A stretch of 64,000 nt of DNA from Isurus oxyrinchus (lineage: Eukaryota), in assembly GCA_026770705.1 (NCBI GenBank), contig JANJGN010000010.1, positions 109,864,001 to 109,928,000 on the forward strand, given 5' to 3'. Shown piece after piece: positions 1 to 14,154 of this stretch. The notes under the pieces were generated by a model that made no database searches, was not told where the DNA came from, and worked only from the letters and a program-made list of their open reading frames with translations. A program made the translations under genes and the position numbers. The first letter of the stretch is position 1; every line of letters begins with the position of its first letter.

Positions 1-545
1 GCTTAATCACAAGTCATGTTGACCACTCTGCTGTCTTATCTTCCACCCTCAGCTTAGTCACTTGAGAAACAGGAACTGATGCCAATGGCTGGCTGGAGGT
101 GAATCAAATGAGCTTCAATAAAGATACATCAAAAATGGCTGTGACGGTTGATCTTTCAGATTTGAACCAGACAACAGCCTTTCTCTATATCATTTTGAGG
201 CCCGTGGTTTTTTTTGTTACTCATACCTTACTTGACTTCTGCTGCCAAGTGGCAGCTGGGTAAATTTGGAGGCTTTCAGAAAGACATGTGGTATTTAGAA
301 GTATTCAAATTTTCCGGCCAAGTTCTTAAATGATTAGGGCAAGTAGAAATGGCATTTCAATTGATATAAGAACCACATTATTTAGCTCTGGCCAACAAGA
401 AGCAAATAGTTAAATGGGAGGAACCGCTATCTAGAAAGAAGAGCTCAAACTCAACTTGCACAAGCCATGGGCACCCAAAACAAATTCAATGTAAACAACA
501 CTCACAGCCATCAACTCCCTTAACACGCAAAACAATAACATTAAA

Positions 546-844
546 GACAAAAACAGAATTACCTGGAAAAACTCAGCAGGTCTGGCCGCAGCGGCGGAGA
601 AGAAAAGAGTTGACGTTTTGAGTCCTCATGACCCTTCAACAGAACTATGTGAATCCAAGGAGAGGGGTGAAATATCAGCTTATATTTCACCCCTCTCCTT
701 GGATTCACCTAGATCTGTTGAAGGGTCATGAGGACTCAAAACGTCAACTCTTTTCTTCGCCACCGATGCTGCCAGACCTGCTGAGTTTTTCCAGGTAATT
801 CTGTTTTTGTTTTGGATTTCCAGCATCCGCAGTTTTTTGTTTTT
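546..844. mobile_element. Penelope-like element termini as an inverted repeat, 12-bp TSD
   Basis: Arms are near-perfect reverse complements about ~680; aataacattaaa at 534-545 and 845-856; hammerhead-like motif in each arm. Confidence 0.8.
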
Positions 845-997
845 AATAACATTAAATCTTTGTATCTCAGTTACCTATTGAAATAAGTGTTGAGTAAACT
901 AACAGCTATGGGAAGACAATACAGAAGCTCAGATCTCTGCAGTGTTATATGCTTTGCACTGGTGTTATGAAGCAACAGCTTGAAAGAAAACAAAGAA

Positions 998-1112
998 AGA
1001 CTTGCATTTATATAGTGCCTTTCACAGCTAAGCACTTGCAAGCAGTTATTTACTCTTGAAGTGTAATCATTGTTATATGGGAAATGCAGCAGCCAATTCT
1101 GCACACAGCACA
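998..1112 (-). mobile_element. DeuSINE-like SINE 3' fragment
   Basis: cttgcatttatatagtgcc tail and gcagccaattctgcacacagca, shared with other SINE copies in the window. Confidence 0.6.
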
Positions 1113-1997
1113 GACTAGATAGCCTTACATCGATTGTTGGGAAGTTACTAGAGTTTAAAGCAGAGGGCAGGATGATGGAGTACCTTCAAAATGTTCAGTT
1201 GATAAGAGAGAGCCACCTTGGATTTGTAAAGGATAGATCATGCTTGATGAAGAGGTGATTATGGTAGTTGACAGGGGGATCAGTCTGCATGTTATTTATA
1301 TTTATAAGGCATTCAGTAAAGTCCCTAATAAGATATTGCTTGCTAAAATTCAAGATTATGGAATTGAAGGCAAATTATGGACCTGGTTAGGTAATTGTCT
1401 GAATGGCAGGAAATAGAGTAGAGATGATGGGTGGATATTCTAAATGCCAGGATGTGATTAGTGATATCCCACGAGAATTTATATTGGGGCCCCAGCCATT
1501 CACTGTATTTATTAACAACTTAGAGGATGGGACAGAGAGCCACGCATCCAAGTTTGTCAAAGGTTGGTGGGATTTTAAGCAGTGTAGATGAAGGCATAAA
1601 ATTGCAGAGATATTGATAATTAAATGAATGGACAAAGATAGGGCAAATAGAATTCAGTGTCAACAAATGTGAGGTCATCCATTTTGGACCGAAACAAGAT
1701 AGAACAGGGTACTCTCTAAATAGTGAAAAGCTGGACACAGTGGAGGTCCAAAGAGACTTAGAGTTCCAAGTCCACATATCATTAAAATGTCAGGAACAGT
1801 TACAGAAAATAATGAAAAATACTTGGCCTTTTCTCCAGGGGACTAGAATACAAGGGCTTGAAGACACATGACAGTTATACAAAACCCTATTTATATCACA
1901 CCTGGAGGACTGTGATCACCTTAGGAAGGATATATCGGATATATTGACATTGGAGGGATCACAGCGTAGATTTACCAGAATGATAAATGGACCCCAA

Positions 1998-4036
1998 GGG
2001 TTGGATTTTCATCTTCAAGGTGGATAACGGAAGTCGGGAAAATTCCTAGCTCGACACGCCCAACTCAGCAAAAAGTGCCCACAAAAGCAGGATCATCAAA
2101 GTCAAGAGACGGAGGCAGTGGGCTGGAGTTGGGCTAGCCAACCCAGGAAAGAAATTGGAAACAGCCACAGGGATGGCTGACTGCGGAGGTAGGTTGTTTA
2201 AAAGGCCTGCCTCGGTGCTGCGGGACTTCATCCCAATTAAAATAAAAACAAAATGGCCCTTCAGCCCTCACCCCTCACACACCCTCACTCACCAACACAC
2301 TCCCCATGCCACTTCATGTCTTCCACGCACCCTCTATGGCTCCTCATGCTCCTCATGCCAAACTATGGTATTCATTCACCCCTCCATGCCAAGCTATGGC
2401 ACTCCAACCACTCCGCATGGCCCGTCAAGCCCCAAATTGACATGGATTGTGAATTGGTTAACTGACAGGGAACAGAGAATAGGAATAAATGGGCCTTTTT
2501 CTGAGAGGTAGTCAGTGACTAGTGGGGTACTGCAGGGATCAATGCTGGGCCCCAGCTATCCACAATAATATATCAATCATTTGGATGAGGGAATCAAATG
2601 TATTATTTCCAAGTTTGCTGATGACACGAAACTAGGTAGGAATGTGAATGGTGAGGAGGATGTTTAGAGGTTTCAAGGCAATTTAGACAAGTTGAGTGAG
2701 TGGGCAGATACATGGCAAATGCAATATATCGTGGATAAGTGTAAAGTTATCCACTTCGGTAGGAAAAACAGAATGGCAGACTATTATTTTAATGGTGATA
2801 GATTGGAAAACGTTGATATACGAAGGAACTTGGGTGTCATTATACACCAATCACTAAAAGCAAGCATTCAGGTGCAGCAAGCAGTTAAGAAGGTAACTGG
2901 TATGTTGGCCTTCAACGCGAGAAGACTTGAGTGCAGGAGCAAGAATGTGTTACTGCAGCTGTACAGGGCCTTGGTGAGATCACACCTGGAGTATTGTGTG
3001 CAGTTTTGGTCTCTTTATCTGAGAAAGGATGTACTTGCCATAGAGGGAGTACAACGAAGGTTCACCAGACTGATTCCTGGGATGACAGGATTGTCGCATA
3101 AGGAGAGATTCGGCCGGCTAGACCCATATTCACTGGAGTTTAGAAGAATGAGAGGGGATCTCATGGAAACTTATAAAATTCTGACAGGGCTGGACAAACT
3201 GGATGCAGGGATGATGTTTCCTGTGGTGGGAGGGTCCAGAACACAGGGTCACAATCTCAGGATACGGGGTAAGCCGTTTAGAACTGAGATGTGGAGAAGT
3301 TTGTTCACTCAGAGGGTGGTGAACATATGGAGTTCTCTACCACAGATGGCTGTGGAGGCCAAGTCACTGAATATATTTAAGAAGGAAATAGACAGATTTC
3401 TAGACACTGAAGGCGACAAGGAGTATGGGCAGAGAGTGGGAGTATGGCGTTGTGTTAGAGGATCAGCCATCATCATATTGAATGGCGGAGCAGGCTCGAA
3501 GGGCCGAATGACCTATTCCTGTTCCTACATTGTATGTTTCTATGCCAAGCTAATCTCGTCCACACATCCTCCACGGCCCCTCATTCCACCCTATGGCACT
3601 CCACCATACCCACCCATGCCCCCTGATGGCCTCTATGCCAAGCTATGTCCCTCCACCCACTCCTCATGTCACAAGCCCCCTATGCTGAGCAATGGGCACT
3701 TCCACGCCCACTGACCCACTACACACTCTGTATAGGAACTCACCTTTTAAAAGGTCCCCTCATGCACACTAGGGTTCATGAATCCTCTGAAGGGCTGAGA
3801 ACCATGGCTCTTGAATAACCTGGCCCGACTCCATGAAAGTTGCGGAAGAATAGGACATGCCTATCTCCGCAATGGAGCCGGCCAAGTCGGGAGTGCCAAG
3901 TGTGGGCTTATCACCCTTTAAAGGCACTCCTGAAAATTGGACAGCCTGCGAATGGGGTCAGGAATCCCAGGATCAGGACCCACCCACCACCTTTAAAGGG
4001 CTCTCAAGTCATCCGGACTCAGTGAATACCCAGTCC
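1998..4036. mobile_element. Non-autonomous PIF/Harbinger-type element, TSD CAA
   Basis: Left end gggttggatttt, right end aatacccagtcc, caa on both sides; interrupts CR1; C-rich internal repeats at 2260-2430 and 3545-3720. Confidence 0.6.
2440..3543 (+). mobile_element. 5'-truncated CR1 LINE nested in the Harbinger element
   Basis: ORF 2692-3714 is the CR1 ORF2 C-terminus (HLEYCVQFWS, VQRRFTRLIPG, RRMRGDL); KFADD motif upstream. Confidence 0.92.
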
Positions 4037-4065
4037 CAAGGATTAAATTGCTAGGAGAGATTTTT

Positions 4066-5620
4066 TTAAAATTCATTCATGGGATGTGGGCTTCGCTGGC
4101 TGGGCCAGCATTTATTGCCTATCCCTAGTTGCCCTTGAGAAGGTGGTGGTGACTTGCTTTCTTAAACTGCTGCAGTCCATGTTGTGCAGATACATTCACA
4201 GTGCTGTGAGGGAGTTCCAGGATTTTGACCCAGCAACAGTGAAGGAACGGTGATATATTTCCAAGTCAGGATGGTGAGTGACTTGGAGGAGAACCTCCAG
4301 GTGCTGGTGTTCCCGTTTATTTGTTGCCCTTGTCCTTCTATATGGTAGTGGCCGTGGGTTTGGAACGTGCTATCTAAGGAGCCTTGGTGAATTCCTGCAG
4401 TGCATCTTGTAGATGGTACACACTGCTGCTACTGTGCATTGGTGGTGGAGGGAGTGAATGTTTGTGGATGTGGTACCAATCAAGCGGACTGCTTTGTCCT
4501 GGACGGTGTCCAGCTTCTAGTGTTGAAGGAGCTGCACTCATCCAGGCAAGTGGAGAGTATTTCATCACATTCCTGACCTGTGCCTTGTAAGTGGCGGACA
4601 GGCTTTGGGGAGTCAGGAGGCACGTTATTCATTGCACAATTCCTAGCCTCTGACCTGTTCTTGTAGCCACAGTGTTCATAGGGCTAGTTCAGTTCAGATT
4701 CTGGTCAATGGTAACCCTCAGGATGTTTATAGTAGGGGATTCAACGATGGTAATGCCATTGAACATCAAGGGGCGATGATTGGATTCTCTCTGGTTGGAA
4801 ATGGTCATTGCCTGACACTTCTGTGGCGCGAATGTTACTTGCCACTTGTCAGCCCAAGCCTGGATATTGTCCAGGTCTTGCTGCATTTGGACATGGATAT
4901 GCTTCAGTAGCTGAGGAGTCGTGAATGGTGCTGAACATTGTGCAATCATCAGCGAACATCCCCACTTCTGACCTTATGGTGGAAGGAAGGTCATTGATGA
5001 AGCAGCTGAAGATGGTTGGGCTGAGGACACTACCTTGTGGAACTGCGGGAGCTGAGATGACTGACCTCCAACAATCACAACTATCTTCCTTTGTGCTAGG
5101 TATGACTCCAACCAGCAGAGAGCTTTCCCTAATTCCCATTGACTCCAGTTTTGCTAGGGTTCCTTGATGCCACACTTGGTCAAATGCTGCCTTGATGTCA
5201 AGGGCAGTCACTCTCACCTCACCTCAGGAGTTCAGCTCTTTTGTCCATGTTTGAACCAAGGCTGTAACCATGGTTAGGAGCTAAGTGGCCCTGGCGGAAC
5301 CCAAACTGTGCATCAATGAGCAGTTGTTGCTAAGCAAGTGTCACTTGATAGCACTGTTGATGACCCCTTCCATTACTTTACTGATGATGGAGAGTAGACT
5401 GATGGGGCAGTAATTGGTTAGCTTGGATTTGTCCAGCTTTTTGTGTACAGGACATATATGGGTAGATGCCAGTATTGTAGCTGTATTGGAATAGTTTGGC
5501 TAGGGGCGCGGCAAGTTCTGGAGCACAAGTCTTCAGTACTTTTGCCGGAATATTGTCAGGGCCCATAGCTGTTGCACTTTCCAGTGTTTTCAGCCATTTC
5601 TTGGTATCATGTGGAACAAA
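4066..5620 (-). mobile_element. CR1/L2-group LINE, second family (family B), 3' portion
   Basis: RT fragments VTALDIKAAFDQVWH, PQGSVL, FADD; 3' tail cccacatcccatgaatgaat. Confidence 0.88.
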
Positions 5621-6990
5621 TCCAACCTGGCCAATTACCGCCTTACTCTCAGTCTTCAGTAAAATGATGGAAGGGGTCATCAACACTGCTATCAAGCTGC
5701 ACTTGCTTCGCAATAACCTGCTCACTGACGCCAACTTGGATTCTGCCAGGATCATTCAGCTCTTGAACTCACTGCAGATTCAACTATGGACAAAGGAACT
5801 GAACTCCCAAGGTGAGGTGAGAGTGACTGCCCTTGACATCAAGGTCACATTTGACCGAGTGTGGCATCAAGGAGCCCTAGCAAAACTACAGTCAATGGAA
5901 TCAGGGGGAAAACTCTCCACTGGTTGGAGTATTTTCTAGCACAAAGGAAGATGGTTGTGACTGGTGGAGATCAATCATCACAGCTCCAGGACATCACTGC
6001 ATGAGTTCCTCAGGATAGTGTTCTCGGCCCTACCATCTTAAGCTGCTTCAAGAATGACCTTCCTTCCAACATAGGATCAGAAGTGGGGATGTATGCTGAT
6101 GATTGCACAATGTTCAGCACTAGTTGCGATTCCTCAGATATTGAAGCAGTCCATGTCCAAATGCAGCAGGACTTGGACAAAATCTAGGCTTGGGCAAAAA
6201 AATGCTAAATAACATTTACATCACACAAGTGCCAGGCAATGACCATCTCCAAAAAGAGAGAATCCAACCATCACCCCTTGACATTCAATGGCATTACCAT
6301 CACTGAATCCCCCACTACAAACATCCTGGGGCTTGCCATTGACCAAAAACTGAACTGGATTAGCCATATAAATACTGTGGCTACAAGAGCAGGTCAGAGG
6401 CCAGGAAGCCTGCAACGAGTAACTCAACTCCTGACTCCCCAAAGCCTGTCCACCATCTACAAGGCCCAAGTAAGGAGTGTGATGGAATACTCCCCACTTG
6501 CCTGAATGAGTGCAGCTCCAACAACACTCAAGAAGCTTGACACCATCCAACACAAAGCAGCCCGCTTGGTTGGCAACACATCCATAGATATTCACTCCCT
6601 CCGCCACTGACGCACAGTAGCAGCAGTGTGTACCATCTACAAGATGCACTGAAGGAACTCACCAAGGCTTCTTAGACAGCACCTTCCAACCCACGACCAC
6701 CACCATCTAGAAGGACTAGGGCAGCAGACACCTGGGAATACCACCACCTGGAAGTGCCCCCCCCAAATCACTCACCATCCTGACTTGGAAATATATTGCA
6801 GTTCTTCCACTGTCGCTGAGTCAAAATCCTGGAGCTCCCTCCCTAACAGCACTGCGGGTGTATCTACACCACATGGACTGCAGCGGCTCAAGAAGGCAAC
6901 TCACCACCACCTTCTCAAAGGCAATTAGGGATGGGCAATAAATGCTGGCCAGCCAGTGATACCCACATCCTGTGAATGAATGAAAAAAAT
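5621..6990 (+). mobile_element. Family B LINE, 3' portion, inverted relative to 4066-5620
   Basis: VRVTALDIKVTFDRVWHQGAL, YADD; same 3' tail followed by an A-run. Confidence 0.88.
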
Positions 6991-7269
6991 ACATTTCTGC
7001 AAACGGCAGATGATACTAGATCAATTGTTAACTTTAAACCTTAAATTGATACATTTTTGTTAACCAAAGATATTAAGGGATACGGGGCAATGGCAGGTAT
7101 ATGAAGTTAGGTCACAGCTCAACCACGATCTCATCATAGATGGAACAGACTCGAAGGCTGAATGGCCTTCTCCTGTTCCTATGATCTTATGGCAAAGCTT
7201 TTCAACCAATACATCATTTGTATCCAATCATGGATATAATCAAACCTCATCAATCTAGAGATGAAATGA

Positions 7270-7920
7270 GCAGTTACACCAGATTGACACCTCAGTGCAG
7301 TACTAAGGGAGGGCTGCACAGTCAAAAGCCAATTTTTAGATAAGACGTTAAGCTGAGAGCTTGTGGATGTTAAAAAATTCCTTGCCACTATTTCCAATAT
7401 TTAATTCTCAACTAAACCACAACAGAAAGATTATCTGGTCACTATTGAATTGCTGTTTGTAGGACTGAGCTTAATTTGGCTGCTGTGTTCATATATTACC
7501 ACAGTGATGACTACTTCAAAACTACATAGCCATCTACAAAGCTCCTTGAGATGACCTGAGGTCACAAAAGGCACTATGTACATGCAACTTATCTTTTTAG
7601 AAGCACCCACAAGATGAATGTTAGGTTGATTCCTTCTGTTTGTGTTGATTGACAGAGAAATGTTAGCCTGGGAACCAGCAGGACACTTCTCTTCCCTGGA
7701 TACAGATGTGGAATCTTTTCAACATCCACATCGGCTGTCGGAAGAGGCAGATAACTCCTCCATTTAGCATCTTATGTGAAGGGTGGGATCTCTGATAATG
7801 TGTCACTGTCTTCAGACTTCACCGGATTGTCAGCCTAGTTTGTGTTCTCAAGTCCTAAATGGGACTTGAAGCCACAAACTTCACATTCAGGTGAGAGTGC
7901 CTCCTGCTGGGCCAAAGCAA
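7270..7920. mobile_element. Two degenerate DeuSINE-like SINEs (+ ~7270-7600; - ~7600-7920)
   Basis: gacgttaagctgag / ggatgttaaa core, aaggcactatgtacatgcaa tail, reverse B-box gggacttgaagcc. Confidence 0.55.
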
Positions 7921-8397
7921 CACTAAAATAAAACTGACTAACAATTCCAAATTGACAGAACTGATCATCCTTTGCTTTGTTTAAAGGGGGCGGAGATGCT
8001 ACAGGCCTTTAAGTGATCATTAGTGGGCCACTTTAGGGCCCCAAATGGCACATAGATGAGCAAGCCTCCCGATGCCTCTCCAACCATGGGTAAAATATGG
8101 CTGGGGAGGGTAGATGCCGAGAACAGCGGCCATAGAAATCCCCACCTACCAAACCTGCCAACCCACACTGGGTGGGGGCATATAATCCAAGTCATTATCT
8201 GGGTTATGGGACACATCAGGCTCAAATTCACTACAGGCAGCAAGTTTGCTTTACTGCAGGATGTTGGTGAAGCAAGTTGGGTTTTTTATGACAAGCCAAT
8301 GGTTTCATGGTCACTTTTACTAATGCCAGGTTTTTTATATCCAGGTTTTTAAAACTGAATTCAAATTCTTAAACTGGGAAGTTGGGATTTGACGTTG

Positions 8398-10870
8398 CAT
8401 AGTGTTTACAGCACAGAAACAGGTCATTCTGCTCAACAGGTCTATGCCAGTTTTTATACTCCACATAAGCCTCCTCTCACCCGATTTCATCTAAGTCTAC
8501 TTACATATCCCTCTATACCTGTCTCCCTCATGTACTTATCCAGCTTCCCTTAAGGGCATGTACACTACTTGCTTTAATTATTTCATGTGGTAGCAAATTC
8601 TACATTCTAGCAACTCTGTGAGTAAAGAAGCTTCTTTTGAATTTTTATTGAATTTATTCCTAACTCTTATATTTATTACCCCTTGTTTTGGGCTTCCCTA
8701 CAAATGGGCAGATTGGGCTGGGGCCGCGGCAGGTCAAGAAGGCAGCTCACCACCACTTTCTGAAAAATGCTGGCCGAGCCAGCGACGCCCACATCCTGTA
8801 AATGAATTTTTTAAATATTTTGCCGTTCCAACGCGGGATAAACCCACATCAGGTGGGGAAGGAGGAAGAGGTAGACGGGCCAAATTTAGGATCCCCATCC
8901 CCATTCCTGTCGTGGATTTTCTTTAAGGGAGCAGGATAAAGATGTGGGTCACAAACCTGCATGCACCAACCCTGATACCAGCAGCTCCATTGCAAAGTAA
9001 TGATTTCAAATCTCCTGTGATTTTCAGGGAGCTGGGTTGGCTTCTGAAGGAGGTGTGATTCACGCTAGCTCAGAGGTGTCATGAACCATGGGGAAAGTCG
9101 TATCTGGAGTCGGGAACCTTTTGATAGGTAAATTTAAAAGGTGTGCTAACTTCACATGTCATAATGTGAATAAATAGATAAGTATATTTTTAATGCAGTA
9201 AAGAAGTTTCTTTTGAATTTTTATTGAATTTATTCCTAAATCTTATACTTAATACCCCTTGATAGGATTTTTGTTTAGTAAATTTAACTAAATAAATTTA
9301 ACTAATCATTAAATTAACCAGAATTATAAAAGTGGAAAAGTGTTCTGATGCATTAGATTAATTTATCCACTGGATAAAGTGCTCTACTGTATTATCAGTA
9401 TTCAGGTTTAGATTTTACTGTGTCAATCGCACTATGTGTTTTGATCTTTTCTTTGATTGACTGGTCAGCCATCTGTTAGCCTTTGAAGCAGTGTGCAGAT
9501 GGCCATCTATTCCAGTAGGTCAAAGGCTTTAATGTGCTCAGCTCTGGAGGTTTTGTTGGGACAATTGTGCACTGGAATTTCATTATGAATGATTAGCTGA
9601 GCTCCAAACTGCAATAATGGATTCAGCTCAGCAGAGGTTGTTGATGCAGTTATTTAGTTTGAATTAATAATGTTATGTGCTCCTAAGAGGATTATGCTTT
9701 TTGAAGTCATTTTTGAATGGCTGTTCATTTTGACAGTTTTATGTTCAGTTAACGGGATTAAGATTTTTTTTCCAAGTGGAGTTTGAATGGCTGTTTATTT
9801 GTTTTGAAGTTTCATGAGCATCTCAAAGACTTCCCAATGTTATTATAGGACTCATGAGTTCTGTCCATAACGGACACTGGCTGAGTGAACATGGGGGGTA
9901 TATGGGGGTCATGGGGCATGAGCTGGTTGTGGAGATAGGGGGTGAAGGATGAAAGCTAGGATGCCTAACACTCATATGAAGAACAGACTTGATATCCTAG
10001 CAAATGAAGATGGACCTTCTAACCTGCCCATCTCTGCATCCTCATGCTTCAGTTCCTACCTCAGACCTATTTCCAGAGGTGGTGGCTCCAATCCAGCCCA
10101 TCCCCACCACCCCACCATGAAAATAATTTGGGCAAGCACTGCTGGGCAGGAGGCAGTATCATGATGTCGGGGAAACAGACCAACTCACAATACCTGCTTC
10201 AAAGGGGAATATACGGCCCATTTCTCCACATCTACCCAATTAAACAATTCACAATATTTTAATGACCTCTATAAGGTCATTGCTCAGCCCTTTCTTTTCT
10301 AGAGTCTAGAGTCCTAGTCCGTTCAGAATTTCTTGAAAGTTATAACCTCTTAGTTCTCATATCATCCTTGTAAATCTATTGAGCTTTCTCCATTGCCTCT
10401 ATATCCTTTTTGTAATATGGATATCAGAACAGTACAAATACACAGTACACCCAATGTGGTCTAACCAAGGTTCTATACAAGGTTCTATAACTTCCCAAGT
10501 CTCCAACTCTACCTTTTAGAAAGGAAACTCTTTTTAATGGTCTTGTTAGTTTACATTCCTGTTTTTAATGATTTGTGAATGTTTCACCCCTAGATCCCTT
10601 TGCTCAGCTACCCCATTTAGTTTTATTTTCCAAGGAGAATGTGACTTTCTTATTCGTCTTACCAAAATGCATCATCTCACACTTATCAACACTGAAAATT
10701 TTACCATCTACACCCTATGCTGTAAGTTTACTAATGTGTTCTTGTATCTTGCCACAGTCCTCTTCAATTTTATTGATACCTTCCAATATGGTGTCATTTG
10801 CCAATTTTAAAGTTATACCTCTGATTCAAAATACTTTCTGTAAATGGTGAAAATCATTAGTCCCAGCACC
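8398..10870 (-). mobile_element. Degenerate CR1 LINE (8398-8707 and ~10190-10870), interrupted by a family B tail and an unclassified insertion
   Basis: CR1 3' end ttacagcacagaaacagg; reverse RT remnants tgtggtctaaccaagg and ggtgtcatttgcc. Confidence 0.6.
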
Positions 10871-11307
10871 AGTGTTTGTGAAAAACTACCTCATAAATTA
10901 TTCCTCTCAACCTCTGGATTACTAGCCCAGCAACAAAACAACTTTCATTATTTATTCCACAAAGAGCTCGTGGTTATGAATGTGGCTGGCTCCAGTGCAA
11001 GGAGTTCCTACAAAATTAATAGTTGTTCTGTAACAGCTAATTAATAACTTAGATCAATGCTGCTCCACCTGATTTAACCTTTGCTGGAATAGTTTGTTGA
11101 TTGACATCAATGTTTGAAACTCTAAGATGTGCTCCACCACAAAGCTCACACAAGACTGGAGAATGATAGAAGGTTCAATTGATCAGAACATGTATTGACA
11201 AACTGATCAACCTGCTGAAATTCCCTTTTTAGTTCCCCTATAGCTCCAAGCATAAATCACACCGGTCAATTTGCACACAGCGAGTTCCCACAAATATCCT
11301 CGTCTGT

Positions 11308-11505
11308 CAAACAAAAACAGAAAATGCTGGAAAAACTCAGCAGATCTAGCAGTATCTGTGGAGAGAGAAACAGAGTTAACGTCTCGAGTCCATATGACTC
11401 TTCTTCAGTCTCGAAAAGTTATCTGTTTCTCTCTCCACAGATACTGTCAGACCTGCTGAGTTTTTCCAGCATTCTCTGTTTTTGTAACAGATTTCCAGCA
11501 TCTGC
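11308..11505. mobile_element. Penelope-like termini, inverted pair
   Basis: aatgctggaaaaactcagcag versus ctgctgagtttttccagcatt. Confidence 0.7.
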
Positions 11506-11794
11506 TTTTACCTTATCTGTCAACAGTTTCGTTGCTTGAGGTTAAGAGTCATTGTACGATCTCACACTCAAATTCATGGCTGAAAACTTTGGAATGTCTT
11601 CCCCATGCCCTCCAATAATTCCCAAAATTTTAGAACCAAACTTGCCCTCGCCAAACCGCATCCTAATTTACCTCATCATCACTCCTGCTCTGTTCAGCTT
11701 TGCTAGAGCCCTGTACTATGGACCTTATGCTACTCCAATAGTAGCTCATTATAATCTAACTGCCTCATGTTATCACCCTGTACTCAATGAAAGA

Positions 11795-12232
11795 ACAAAC
11801 ATATGTCTTTATAGTGTCTTTCACAATCCCAAGACATCCCAAACCACTTCACAGTCTATGAAGTTCTTTTACAGTGTAGTCACTGTCATATCACAGGAAA
11901 CAAAGTGGCTGAATTTTTGCAAAGCTAGCTCGCACAAACAGCAATGAAACAACTGGCCAAACCATTTGTTTTGGGTTGTCTTGATTGCTTGCTGGACAAG
12001 TATTGGCCAGGACACTGGGAGAACTCCCCTGCTCTGAAGAGTTCTATGGGGATCTTTTTATATCCACCCAAGAGTCTCACCTGCAGGATGGCACCTCTGA
12101 CAGCGCAGTTCTCCCTCAGTACAGCACTGAAGAGTTAACCTAGATTATGTGCTCAAGTCTCTAGGGTGGGACTTGAACTCACAACGTTCTGACTCAGATT
12201 TGGAGTGCTACCAAATGTGTCATGGCTGATAC
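11795..12232 (-). mobile_element. DeuSINE-like (SacSINE1-type) tRNA-derived SINE
   Basis: Deu core tattggccaggacactgggagaactcccctgctc; reverse B-box gggacttgaactc; L2-like tail. Confidence 0.75.
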
Positions 12233-12425
12233 CTGAAATCAAAGTCACTGTAGTCTGAGTGATGGAATATGGTCACTGCAAATACAGGTAATAAGGATAT
12301 ATTTTTTCTCATTCCCCCACATTAGAACCAGTGTGTTTGTGGTGGGATATTTCTCTGTAACTATTGGGCCTGCGCTGAAAAGCCAAAGATCTTATATTTG
12401 TTCCTAGGTCATGAATAACCATTCA

Positions 12426-13004
<579 letters not shown>

Positions 13005-14154
13005 CTATAAAAATCAAAAGGGGAAAGAGAGTCTGGAGAACACTTCTCATTTAAGTATTATCCATATTATCTGTTGGCAATACAATATTTCATATAGATT
13101 TAGAGTTAAATGCTTAATGTGTCAAGGAAATCTTCAAATTTCCCAATAATTCCCATTATAGCAGTCATCCTCCTCTCCCACAAGATCATTCTTGTACACT
13201 TGTGAATAAGTGGAACCAGCTACATCCCCCCTCTCTCCAATTCATTTTAACAGGAGACATCTCCAGTGAGTCATCAAGCATGCTTTGTACAACACAAATA
13301 AATCCCCTCAGACAGTCCTTTCCCTTTAAACCAACTGTCGTTTCTAATATGTCCCAATTACAAAGATACTGAATGCATTCCTTTCAAAAAAGCAATTTCA
13401 ATTTACCCAGAAAAATAACTTGCTTGCATATAGTGCCAGAGGTCACTCTTACAAAGACCGTTCCCATCCATTTACCCTATTTGAACCAAGAATTGAAAAA
13501 AAACCTTTCATGCACAACACAATAATCAAGATAGCTTGCAATCTATCAGAGAGTTGGCAATCTGACATCTCACTCAGACTGTCTGGGTTTCCCTGCCATC
13601 GCAGTCTGCACTTTTGTGATAAGTTAATATTCCATTTATCTATAGATGGCATAGATATTAGATATTAAATCTTGCCATCTTTTCCATTATAAATTCCTAC
13701 ATCCACATTTTTAAAGGAAACTGCCTACGTAAACTTGTCATGCTATTATAAGAATATTATAAACTTCCACATTCTCTTCTAGTACTTCTGCAACCCGTCC
13801 TTCACTGAACTCTAATAACAGGAACAAAATACTTGATGATCTCTACATCTCTTTCATTCTCTTAACAGAACACCTCAGTCTCTTAGTGACCCAGTCCTCT
13901 TTGCTTTTCATGCTATTACTCTTTGTGTTGGCTGTCAGCCTTCTCTCAGCCGCTAATCGCCCTTTTTTTGTTCCTTGTTGCACTTTTGATATTTCTCTGT
14001 TCTATTAAAGAACTTTAAGTTTTTATTCCTCATTTTACTTTGACCTATTTTCCTTAAGCCTATGGAAATCTGTCCTTTTTTTCTTTACAGTCCTTTTACT
14101 CCTGGTCAGAATATTCTTTGTTTGTCCAATGTTTAAATATTTCCCACTGCTGGG

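Larger units (their letters stand above)
1113..7185 (+). mobile_element. Old CR1 LINE (RT region to 3' end), in pieces 1113-1997, 4037-4062 and ~6990-7185, split by nested insertions
   Basis: Degenerate RT motifs (FILGPQPFTVFINNLE); sequence resumes after each insertion; CR1 3' end ...tcctgttcctatg. Confidence 0.75.

Noticed and set aside
2692-3714. 340-aa ORF as a host gene
   Set aside because: C-terminus of CR1 ORF2 from a truncated copy, reading through into flank.
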